The translations under genes were made by a program, and so were the position numbers. The notes below the pieces were generated by a model. It did not search any database, was not told the DNA's origin, and saw only the letters and a list, made by a program, of their open reading frames with translations. From the IMG/VR virus record IMGVR_UViG_3300042561_002062, positions 85,525 to 149,524 of that record: a stretch of 64,000 bases of DNA. The stretch is one strand, 5' to 3'. This DNA is from a virus (Duplodnaviria; Heunggongvirae; Uroviricota; Caudoviricetes). Of the stretch, positions 46,641 to 55,039 are shown piece after piece. Positions within the stretch are counted from its first letter, which is position 1, and every line of letters begins with the position of its first letter.

Positions 46641-46934
46641 ATGAGTAAAATTATTTGGGTTAAAAGTCCTACTTTTCAGTTAAATCTTGATGATCCATCA
46701 TGGGTATATTATAATGAAGAATGTTCCGGTAATTGTAAATCTTTCATTGTTCAAACTTATCCGGATGGTGTTCCCGATCCAAACACTGATCAAATTGTTT
46801 ATAAGTATCAACATAATAGAGGAGTTATTCTTGACCTAACAAAATCATCTGAAGCTGAGAAGAGTTCACGTAGTCTTTTCATTATTATATTGATTATTTT
46901 GGTAGTTATTTCTATGTTGATGTTTGTTCTTTAA
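46641..46934 (+). CDS. small protein with C-terminal TM anchor
   Basis: 97 aa. Confidence 0.35.
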   Translation: MSKIIWVKSPTFQLNLDDPSWVYYNEECSGNCKSFIVQTYPDGVPDPNTDQIVYKYQHNRGVILDLTKSSEAEKSSRSLFIIILIILVVISMLMFVL

Positions 46935-46960
46935 TTTACAAAAATGTAAAAATTAAAACT

Positions 46961-47332
46961 ATGATAACTGATAATGAAATTGAAAAAGATGGTAAACGAA
47001 TTAAGAAATTAAGTTTAATCCACGTTGATGGGGATGAAAAACTATGCGATGGGTGTGATGAACGAAAAGTATGTGCATCTTTGAGCTCTATCTCAGGAGA
47101 TGTTTCTATCGTATGTAGAGATTGTTTGAATGAGATTTTAAAACACTTTGAAAATAACAGTAACAGGCCCCAAACATACTTAGGAATGGTTTTGGATGAG
47201 AGAGATGACTATTTTAGGGTAGGATATAGAGAAACAACCGAAATAGAAAAATTGAGAAAATGGAGAAAGGAAATGTTAGAATGTTCTAATGTTATAGAGT
47301 GTAAGATTATTAAAATAGAAGGTTATGAATAA
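46961..47332 (+). CDS. Cys-rich small protein
   Basis: CDGCDERKVC...CRDC. Confidence 0.4.
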   Translation: MITDNEIEKDGKRIKKLSLIHVDGDEKLCDGCDERKVCASLSSISGDVSIVCRDCLNEILKHFENNSNRPQTYLGMVLDERDDYFRVGYRETTEIEKLRKWRKEMLECSNVIECKIIKIEGYE

Positions 47333-47347
47333 CGAAAAAATGAATCA
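47312..47347 (+). repeat. gene-junction direct repeat AAAATAGAA(G/A)GTTATGAATAACGAAAAAATGAATCA (second copy 47961..47996)
   Basis: 36 nt with 1 mismatch; spans stop of one small gene and the overlapping start of the next. Confidence 0.8.
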
Positions 47348-47669
47348 AATTCCACCCGCTATTGAGATAGCAGTCGAGTTTATGAAAAGATCTTTCGGGG
47401 GAACTGAAGTGGAAATCGTCATCGAGGCTTACCGTCAAAATCCTTCCGAATACGCTCCTGCTGGAGCTCTAGGATGTGATGTTCACATAAGCATTCCTAA
47501 TCACGAGATGAAGCCCGTTAAACTTTTTCTCGCTAATTCAATAGCCGAAGATATAGCATTTAATAATATGGGAGGAGCACCCGATCTTGCACAGATGATA
47601 GCAGATGAGATAGTTTTTATGTCCATTAAACCAGAGTATGAAAAACTTAAAAATAAAATAAGGTTATGA
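47325..47669 (+). CDS. small protein (MNNEKMNQ family)
   Basis: start embedded in a repeated 26-nt junction element. Confidence 0.45.
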   Translation: MNNEKMNQIPPAIEIAVEFMKRSFGGTEVEIVIEAYRQNPSEYAPAGALGCDVHISIPNHEMKPVKLFLANSIAEDIAFNNMGGAPDLAQMIADEIVFMSIKPEYEKLKNKIRL

Positions 47670-47977
47670 ACTACACAAGACCGTATGATGAAGAATACAA
47701 AGATGATCCTCAGGATTGGTTAAACGGAGCTTTGATATTTGGGCGGGCGTTGTCCCTCCTTATTGAAGAAGACACTGGAATCGTAGTTGATCTAAAAGGA
47801 GATGCTCAGCTTTCATCGCAGCCCGATGCTAAAAAGGTTGTTGTGTATAGATCACAAGGAATGATATCCATCGACAGCATGAACCGCGATTTACCAGAAG
47901 GATCATTTGTCAAGATACAATCAGAGGATGAACAAAATGACCCAAACATACAACAACGAAAAAATAGAAAGTTATGA
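47666..47977 (+). CDS. small protein
   Basis: translationally coupled (ATGA). Confidence 0.4.
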   Translation: MNYTRPYDEEYKDDPQDWLNGALIFGRALSLLIEEDTGIVVDLKGDAQLSSQPDAKKVVVYRSQGMISIDSMNRDLPEGSFVKIQSEDEQNDPNIQQRKNRKL

Positions 47978-48300
47978 ATAACGAAAAAATGAATCAGATG
48001 ATTGAATCTGCTTGGAAAAAATATGCTGATAGCCATTTCACTCCAGGCAATCCAAATGGGAAACTTCTATCTGAGCAGTTAATGAGTGTGAGACCGATGA
48101 TGCACAACAGGGAAACATTTAGAGCCGAAATACTAAAAAATCCCGATTTTGCCAGTCAGTGGGGATTGAAGATTGAGGAAAGAGAAGTATTAGAGCAAGT
48201 GGACCAAACAAACCCTATCTTAAAGGGAAGTACTGCACTTTATCCTCGTAAACTAATCACAATGACATACAACAACGAAACAATAGAAAGTTATGAGTAA
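47974..48300 (+). CDS. small protein (MNNEKMNQ family)
   Basis: identical first 8 codons as 47325. Confidence 0.45.
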   Translation: MNNEKMNQMIESAWKKYADSHFTPGNPNGKLLSEQLMSVRPMMHNRETFRAEILKNPDFASQWGLKIEEREVLEQVDQTNPILKGSTALYPRKLITMTYNNETIESYE

Positions 48301-48479
48301 AGAAGAAATACAACACTGGATTAATCGTTGGTCAACAATAAAAGGGCCAAGAGCTGAAGCAGTAGTAAACATTTGGAAAAAACACTTAATATATAGAAGA
48401 TATGAATAAAATAGAATTATTTTGGATGAATATGTCTTGTTCAGTCAAAATTGAGATATTTATAAATAAGCACACCTAA

Positions 48480-49265
48480 ATGAAAACAGGAATTTATAAA
48501 ATAATATGTAAAAAAAATAATAAAATTTATATTGGTTCTTCAAATAATATAGAAAGAAGATGGAACACACATATGAATACCTTAGACAAAAAAACACACA
48601 GAAATCCTCATTTACAAAATGCATGGGAATTATATGGAAAAGATGAATTTGTTTTTGAAATAATTGAAATTTGTGAAAGTTATCAGTTAAAAGACAGAGA
48701 ACAATTTTGGATGGATATGACAGGATGTTATAATAGAGAAATAGGTTTTAATAACTCACACAATTCTAATTCTTCTTTTGGGTATAAACATACAGAAGAC
48801 GCAAAAAACAGAATGAGTGAATTAAAAAAAGGATCCAAACAAACAAAAGAAGTTATCGAAAAAAGAATAGAAAAAATGAAAGGTAAAAAGCATACTGAAG
48901 AAACGATTGAAAAAATAAGAACTGGTAAAATTGGCGAAAAGAACCCTATGTTTGGAAAAAAAGAAGATGAAGGACATAAGAAAAAAAGAATGATAAATCT
49001 TTTAAATACAAAAAAATGGAATAGTGGTTTAACTAAAAAAGATGACCCCAGAATAGAAAAATTGGGGTATTGGAAAGGAAAAACAACAAAAAACGCAAAA
49101 AAATGTAAACTTATTGATTTGTTAACAAATGAAATTTGGGAGGAGGATTCAATAAATAAATTATCAAATATTTCTCCACTTAGTAATTCTTCGCTAAGAA
49201 GGTTAATTAAAAACAAAGCCAGTGAAATAATTTCTAAAAAATATAAAATTATAGTAAATGAGTAA
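48480..49265 (+). CDS. GIY-YIG homing endonuclease with NUMOD3-like repeats (I-TevI-like)
   Basis: GIYKIICKKNNKIYIGSS..R..H (GIY-YIG), repeated G..HTEE.K.K motifs. Confidence 0.8.
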   Translation: MKTGIYKIICKKNNKIYIGSSNNIERRWNTHMNTLDKKTHRNPHLQNAWELYGKDEFVFEIIEICESYQLKDREQFWMDMTGCYNREIGFNNSHNSNSSFGYKHTEDAKNRMSELKKGSKQTKEVIEKRIEKMKGKKHTEETIEKIRTGKIGEKNPMFGKKEDEGHKKKRMINLLNTKKWNSGLTKKDDPRIEKLGYWKGKTTKNAKKCKLIDLLTNEIWEEDSINKLSNISPLSNSSLRRLIKNKASEIISKKYKIIVNE

Positions 49266-49905
49266 TAAAGTAGAACTACTATCACATTTCGGAAATGATT
49301 TAATGATAGTTAATGTTGCAAGAGTTAGTTATGGTAAAGAGGTATCAACACTTGAAGAAAAAGATGGTAAATTAATAAATTATCTTGTTAAACACAAACA
49401 CACATCTCCATTCAGACATCCTCAACTTCAGTTCAGGATAACTTGTCCTATTTATGTTGAAAGACAATTATTCAAACACCAAGTCGGATTAAGCGCCAAT
49501 TCAATCAGTGGTAGATATGTTGATTTTAGTGACACTTATTCAACAATACATGAATGGAGGAAACAATCAAAATCATCAAAACAAGGTAGTGAAGGGGTAA
49601 TCGAGGATCAATTTACAGCATCGGAAATTGAAACCAGTATCATAGACTATTGTAAAACTGCGTACCAAAGATTAATCGAACTTGGTGTGTCCAAAGAACA
49701 AGCAAGAACAATTTTACCACTTAATTTAAATACAAGTTTCATTTGGACTGGTAGTTTATTAGCTTTTATCCATCTTTTTAATTTAAGAATCAAACCTGAC
49801 GCTCAACAAGAAACAAGACAAGTAGCTCAAATGATGTTAGATGAAGTAAAAAAGTTGGAAGGTAATCCATTTCAATTAACTATTGAAGCATTTGAATTAT
49901 CTTGA
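49258..49905 (+). CDS. thyX: flavin-dependent thymidylate synthase ThyX
   Basis: RHPQLQFR, ERQLFKHQ, SANSISGRY (ThyX RHR..S....SxR motif). Confidence 0.8.
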   Translation: MSNKVELLSHFGNDLMIVNVARVSYGKEVSTLEEKDGKLINYLVKHKHTSPFRHPQLQFRITCPIYVERQLFKHQVGLSANSISGRYVDFSDTYSTIHEWRKQSKSSKQGSEGVIEDQFTASEIETSIIDYCKTAYQRLIELGVSKEQARTILPLNLNTSFIWTGSLLAFIHLFNLRIKPDAQQETRQVAQMMLDEVKKLEGNPFQLTIEAFELS

Positions 49906-49936
49906 AACACACCCAACAATTAAAAAAATATAAACT

Positions 49937-50272
49937 GTGATTAAAAGTATAAAAACTAAGTGGTTTAATATGACATTTGTGTTGAGACACAGGTGGGAGA
50001 AGAACAGGGACATAGATAATTACACCGTATGGAAACTCAGAAAGGAATATGAACTGGGTATCTGGGTTAAACCATATCTTGCCGTTGGAAAACCAAATGG
50101 TCAATGGGTGGGTAAAAAGATATTCAATAAAGATAATCACGTGAGGGGTTACATGATTGGATTGGATCTGATTGTATGCAAAATGTGGGTTGATATTTCT
50201 GGTGCCAGAGTTCTTGAGATTCCAGTGGATAAAAAAATAATAACCAATGTTAAACTACGAATTATCAAATAA
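49937..50272 (+). CDS. hypothetical protein
   Basis: 111 aa. Confidence 0.35.
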   Translation: MIKSIKTKWFNMTFVLRHRWEKNRDIDNYTVWKLRKEYELGIWVKPYLAVGKPNGQWVGKKIFNKDNHVRGYMIGLDLIVCKMWVDISGARVLEIPVDKKIITNVKLRIIK

Positions 50273-50465
50273 TAACTATAAAATTACCACCACACACGGT
50301 GGAAAATTGATAGGTTACTTTATACCTGATATTGATGGGTTTTATTATTTTAGACCCGAAGAGGGTGACGGATATTGGAACGAACACGGTCTTTTGGAGC
50401 TAGGTAACAAACTCAAAGAGTTGAATGAAAATATGTATGGAACTTTAGAGAAATCAGAAAATTAA
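50247..50465 (+). CDS. hypothetical protein
   Basis: 72 aa. Confidence 0.3.
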   Translation: MLNYELSNNNYKITTTHGGKLIGYFIPDIDGFYYFRPEEGDGYWNEHGLLELGNKLKELNENMYGTLEKSEN

Positions 50466-50467
50466 TC

Positions 50468-51049
50468 TTGAAAAAAAATATGAGCACAACATCACACGCA
50501 AAATTTGAATTAGAATTAGCAGGTTTCTTTGACGAGGACTCTGATTATGGAGGAGCAATCGGAGGAGCAGTTATGGAACTAATGGAAGTATTTGAAAAAC
50601 AAGGACACTCAGGTGGTTCAGCCCCGATTGTAGCATCGCTATTCCATAAATTGGCTAACTACGAACCACTGGGGCCTATTACAGGTAAAGATGAAGAGTG
50701 GGGAGATATTAGAAATATATCAGATGATCCTTGGTATCAAAACAAAAGAGAAACGGGATTGTTCAAACATAAAGATGGTAGGGTTACATATAATAGCGCT
50801 ATTATCAAAAGATGTCCTAGTGGAACAACTTGGTCTGGACCTATTTATATGACCCGAGAAGATGCTATCAACAATTCAAACCGATTTCATAGTTCTTTGG
50901 AAATTAAAGGATTTCCATTTACACCTAAAACATTTTACATTGATTTTTTAGAGGAGGAAATTAAAAAAGATGATTGGATTATGTGGGTGAAAGACTCAAA
51001 ACAATTAGATGAGGTGTGGGAGTATTACAAAAAACCTGATTTTTTATGA
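50468..51049 (+). CDS. hypothetical protein
   Basis: 193 aa. Confidence 0.4.
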   Translation: MKKNMSTTSHAKFELELAGFFDEDSDYGGAIGGAVMELMEVFEKQGHSGGSAPIVASLFHKLANYEPLGPITGKDEEWGDIRNISDDPWYQNKRETGLFKHKDGRVTYNSAIIKRCPSGTTWSGPIYMTREDAINNSNRFHSSLEIKGFPFTPKTFYIDFLEEEIKKDDWIMWVKDSKQLDEVWEYYKKPDFL

Positions 51050-51303
51050 ACAATTACAGAATATTTAGAAGTGTATATGTAGATGAATATGGTAGAGAAA
51101 GAATACCATATTTTTGGATTAAAAAAAGGAAAACCTTTTTAGGAATACTTTATTGGAAGTCCATAAGACATTATGATGGTGGGGAATATACCTACCTTAC
51201 TACATTTGATAATTATGATGATGCTCTTAATTTTATTAAAAATGTGTTAGAAAAGGGGATAAAAACCGATGATACAAATACTAAACTTGCTGGAGTAATC
51301 TAA
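51046..51303 (+). CDS. hypothetical protein
   Basis: 85 aa. Confidence 0.35.
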   Translation: MNNYRIFRSVYVDEYGRERIPYFWIKKRKTFLGILYWKSIRHYDGGEYTYLTTFDNYDDALNFIKNVLEKGIKTDDTNTKLAGVI

Positions 51304-51316
51304 CTGAAATATCCGG

Positions 51317-51550
51317 ATGAAAACAAAAATCCACGTCAATCAACATCACATCCGTTCGAATATAAGTCGTGGAACGGATCTTCCGGTCATAACGGTAAAG
51401 AGGGGTAAGGAAAATATCTACTGTAATGAAGTTGAGATTTTGGGACCAAGTAAAATAGTTTATTGTGGGGCAGGAAAGATAAAGCCACTCTTAAGTTGTG
51501 GAGCAAGAGTGGTAATCGAAACTGAATCTGAAGTCAATATTATTAAATGA
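51317..51550 (+). CDS. hypothetical protein
   Basis: 77 aa. Confidence 0.35.
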   Translation: MKTKIHVNQHHIRSNISRGTDLPVITVKRGKENIYCNEVEILGPSKIVYCGAGKIKPLLSCGARVVIETESEVNIIK

Positions 51551-51755
51551 GATCTTTCGCTTCGTTGAAATCATCTTTCGATAATTTCCAACCATCAACG
51601 TGATCTGCGATGTGACTTCCAGCTTCTTTGAAAGTAGCGTCTGGATTCTTTTTCAAGAAACTTACTAGTTTTTTTCTTATAGCTGGGTGTATACCCTTTC
51701 CTTCGTGAATAGAATCAGTGTTGGAGAAACTTTCAAAACTTTTGATATTTTTCAT
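51543..51755 (-). CDS. hypothetical small protein
   Basis: 70 aa. Confidence 0.35.
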   Translation of the reverse strand: MKNIKSFESFSNTDSIHEGKGIHPAIRKKLVSFLKKNPDATFKEAGSHIADHVDGWKLSKDDFNEAKDLI

Positions 51756-51851
51756 AGTGTTTTTATTTTTTTACATTTTTATATATTAAAAAATAATTGT
51801 CTTTTTTTTCATCTATCAACAAACTTTAAATTACCACAAAATATAAATAAT

Positions 51852-52115
51852 ATGTATGATACTTTAGAGCATGTAGGAGATGGAAATCTCGTAGCTCACA
51901 CACCAGAAGGAACAAAAGAAGTCGGTAAGAATCTAAATGGAATGGTTAGATATACCTACTTTGAGGACTTTACTCTACCACCAATTGGATGGACTTGCTC
52001 ACGTGAAGATTTGTTGAAAGATTACCATAGAAAAGTTTCCGATCAAATTATCCAAGATAGACTTAAAATTTATGATGAAGATCCGGGTAAAAATGATTGG
52101 ATTGAAAAGATCTAA
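51852..52115 (+). CDS. hypothetical protein (start moved to the internal ATG)
   Basis: upstream part of the track ORF overlaps a minus-strand ORF and is hydrophobic junk; MYDTLEHVGDG start. Confidence 0.35.
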   Translation: MYDTLEHVGDGNLVAHTPEGTKEVGKNLNGMVRYTYFEDFTLPPIGWTCSREDLLKDYHRKVSDQIIQDRLKIYDEDPGKNDWIEKI

Positions 52116-52132
52116 AAAGATATATATTTTAA

Positions 52133-53014
52133 GTGAAATCTTTCAACCTTCTTAAACCAACACCACTTGTTAAACTAAATTTTAGTAGAAAAACTATCTG
52201 GGGAAAAGCAGAATATCTCAATCCTTCTGGTTCGGTAAAAGATAGACCAATTAAAAATATCTTAGACAGAGCTCAAGAGGCAGGATTACTCAGAGTGGGT
52301 GATACCATTATTGAAGCTACCAGCGGAAACGCTGGTATTTCTTTTGCTATGATGGCCGCAGAAAGAGGAATGCGTTGTGTGATTGTGATGCCAAGTAACA
52401 TGAGCGAAGAAAGAAAAAAAATGCTCCGAGCTTACGGAGCAGAGCTTATCGAGGTCGATCCGGGAGATTTTGACGGAGCTATCGCCTTACGTGATAAACT
52501 TTCTAGAGAAAACGGATGGTTTAATGGAAATCAATTTCACTCCTCTTGGAATATAGAAGCTCATCAGATAGGAACAGGACCAGAGATAATCTACCAATCT
52601 CGTATGAATTGTTTTATACCTTCATGTTTTGTTTCTGGAACAGGAACAGGCGGAACTATAATGGGCGCTGGAGTTCTACTCAAAGAATACTACACCGGTA
52701 TGAAACTCGTAGCGGTTGAACCAAAAGAAAGTGCAGTAATGAGTGGTGGCACGCCTGGTCTTCACGGTATTCAAGGTATAGGTGATGGGTCTAAATTTTT
52801 AGTTGATCTTCAGGTTTTGGATAGTATAATAACTATCTCAACTGATGAAGCTAAAGAATTTACTCTTGAACTTTCAAGAAAGTTTGGTGTTTTTGTAGGT
52901 TTTTCAGCGGCGGCTAATGTTTTAGCTACATTAAGATTTTTAGAAGAAAATGATCTAGATAACGGAGTTACAATACTCTGTGATAGAGGAGATAGGTATT
53001 TAAGTATGCTCTAA
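52133..53014 (+). CDS. cysK: cysteine synthase / PLP-dependent beta-substitution enzyme (CysK/CysM family)
   Basis: NPSGSVKDR, TSGNAGIS (PLP-binding), GTGGT motifs. Confidence 0.8.
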   Translation: MKSFNLLKPTPLVKLNFSRKTIWGKAEYLNPSGSVKDRPIKNILDRAQEAGLLRVGDTIIEATSGNAGISFAMMAAERGMRCVIVMPSNMSEERKKMLRAYGAELIEVDPGDFDGAIALRDKLSRENGWFNGNQFHSSWNIEAHQIGTGPEIIYQSRMNCFIPSCFVSGTGTGGTIMGAGVLLKEYYTGMKLVAVEPKESAVMSGGTPGLHGIQGIGDGSKFLVDLQVLDSIITISTDEAKEFTLELSRKFGVFVGFSAAANVLATLRFLEENDLDNGVTILCDRGDRYLSML

Positions 53015-53035
53015 CCATATTCACAAAACTATATA

Positions 53036-53982
53036 TTAAAGACTCAGTAACATATCCACCATTTCCTTTGAAGGATAGAGATCATTTTTATCAGTTCTAA
53101 CATTTGTGTGTAACCACATTCCTTTAGTTCTCTCGCAAAGTTCTCTATCCATTAAGTTAAAAGCATCAAATGCGCCTCTTTTTACAATCTCTTGAACAAT
53201 ACCACGTTTAGGATCAATATCGTCTCTTTTGGAAATCTCTAAAATGAGTTGTCTAGTAGATTCAATTTGCCGAGTAGAGTATTTATGCCAAGCTATATGA
53301 CCACGGAAAGGTTTATCTAGAAATTCTATCTGCTCTGAATTGGGTATAACACCGGTGTAGGTATAGTAAGTTTTTTCTTTGCCCCTTTTCCAAACTGTTC
53401 TTCTTGGATTTTCAAGAGTAACGTAATATCCTTCATAAAATAATCCACCAAAGCTACATATTTCTATACCAACACTTTCCATATGCATAGTATTTCTACC
53501 GGTTCCTAAGTGCCATCCCCATCCACCAGTAGGAAATGCCTGAACGATTTGACCGTCATAATCATCGTACAAATCTCTAATGTTTTGACCACCTACTACC
53601 CACTCGGTTGCTACTTCACCTCTCGGGTCTCCCGCCCACCCATCTATGGTATTGAAGGGATTTTCCAACCAGCTGTATGGTGAAGAAATATCCACCATTT
53701 TTTTGTGGGGCCTTGAAAATATTCATCTTTTGGTAGGTATTTTTTTTTGTAAGTAAAAACATTTTGACCAACATCATATCTTTCATAAGAATCGGTTGTA
53801 GCAAGACCCATTGCTCTCCAAGTTTGAGGTCCAACAACACCATCGGCAATTAACCCATTTTCTTCTTGCCATTTCTTTACAGCTCTCTGGGTTGCTCCAC
53901 CAAAAACTCCATCTGCCGGGATATTTAAAAATTCTTGTAGTCTTTTGACTAGTTCAGATATGGATCCAACTTGTAGTATCAT
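53036..53982 (-). pseudogene. frameshift-disrupted endolysin: PG-binding domain + N-acetylmuramoyl-L-alanine amidase (Amidase_2/PGRP)
   Basis: ORF 53644..53982 has PG_binding_1 and ends WIFLHHTAGW (start of the amidase domain); ORF 53036..53698 continues the amidase domain (NTMHMESVGIEICSFGG) in the -1 frame; the shift lies in the overlap around GGAAAATCCC. Confidence 0.65.
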
Positions 53983-54033
53983 ATTAGTTTTTTTTTATTA
54001 TATAGAAAAAAGCTGATACTCGATAAAAATAAT

Positions 54034-54828
54034 TTAATTACCACTCCAATCTCTTAAGTGAGTAAGTAATTCATCTCTAGAGAGTATTTTCATTTTTAAT
54101 CCCATATATTTTACAAATTGAGAAATTCTATCCGGTGAAACGCCCATTGATTCGTAGTCATCGGTGGTGAGTTTCTTATTTGTTGGATCTACTTTTGGTT
54201 TGTCTATTGTGGGTTCTTTATATTTGCTGAATAAAACTTTACCTTCTGTCCATCCAAAAAGTTTATATCTACTCCATAGAGGGGAACTTTTTAGATCATC
54301 TATTGTTCCTTGTCCTATTAGACACTCAGATACTAAAAATTCATAAATTGTCTCTAAAACTTCTTTTTCATTTTCTTCTAATTCATCATAACTTTTGTAA
54401 CTAAACACAAAACGGCAATTTAGGTGTCCAATATTTTCTAACTTTTGATAAGTGATAGAATCCTTTGTTAAATTCAAATATTTTTTCAACATATCGAATT
54501 TGTAAAAAATATCACTTATTCCTAATTCGTAGGACCACCCTAAGTGATAGTTGTCATCAATTTTTATGTTGTATTTGTTTTGGCCATATACGTTTTTAAA
54601 AACGTCTTTATATTCACTAAATGCTACAGCATCCATAAAATTTACACTCTTTCTTTGATTTGGGTAACCTTTTTTTGTAAGAAATTCACTAACAATACTA
54701 CTTCCCCAAAAGTGTTCTTTATAACTTTGAGTAATTTCAAATTCCTCGGCACCATCCCCCTCGGGTCGTTGTGTCATCCTATAGAAAACTTCACTGTTCC
54801 AATTTTCAAATAATTTAATATATTTCAT
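54034..54828 (-). CDS. hypothetical protein
   Basis: 264 aa. Confidence 0.4.
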   Translation of the reverse strand: MKYIKLFENWNSEVFYRMTQRPEGDGAEEFEITQSYKEHFWGSSIVSEFLTKKGYPNQRKSVNFMDAVAFSEYKDVFKNVYGQNKYNIKIDDNYHLGWSYELGISDIFYKFDMLKKYLNLTKDSITYQKLENIGHLNCRFVFSYKSYDELEENEKEVLETIYEFLVSECLIGQGTIDDLKSSPLWSRYKLFGWTEGKVLFSKYKEPTIDKPKVDPTNKKLTTDDYESMGVSPDRISQFVKYMGLKMKILSRDELLTHLRDWSGN

Positions 54829-55039
54829 ATTATAGATTATATATAATTTTTACGGAACAAATAAAGATTGGATCTTTGTATTAAGATTAAATCATCATTT
54901 ATCAATAAAAATTTATAGTTTCTGATTCATTTTCCTTCCAGACTCGAGGAGTTTCTTCTTACTATTAAGTAGGTCAATCAAAAAAAAAGAGGGATTGATT
55001 ACTTTCAATCCCTCTTTAATCAAGTAGAATTTAGCTTAT

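Noticed and set aside
53698-53704. A7/T7 homopolymer as the frameshift site of the amidase gene
   Set aside because: Translation shows both frames read through this run; the frame change must lie downstream, near GGAAAATCCC (about 53655..53665).
53616-53849. ORF 53616..53849 (-)
   Set aside because: Third frame across the frameshifted amidase gene; no independent support.
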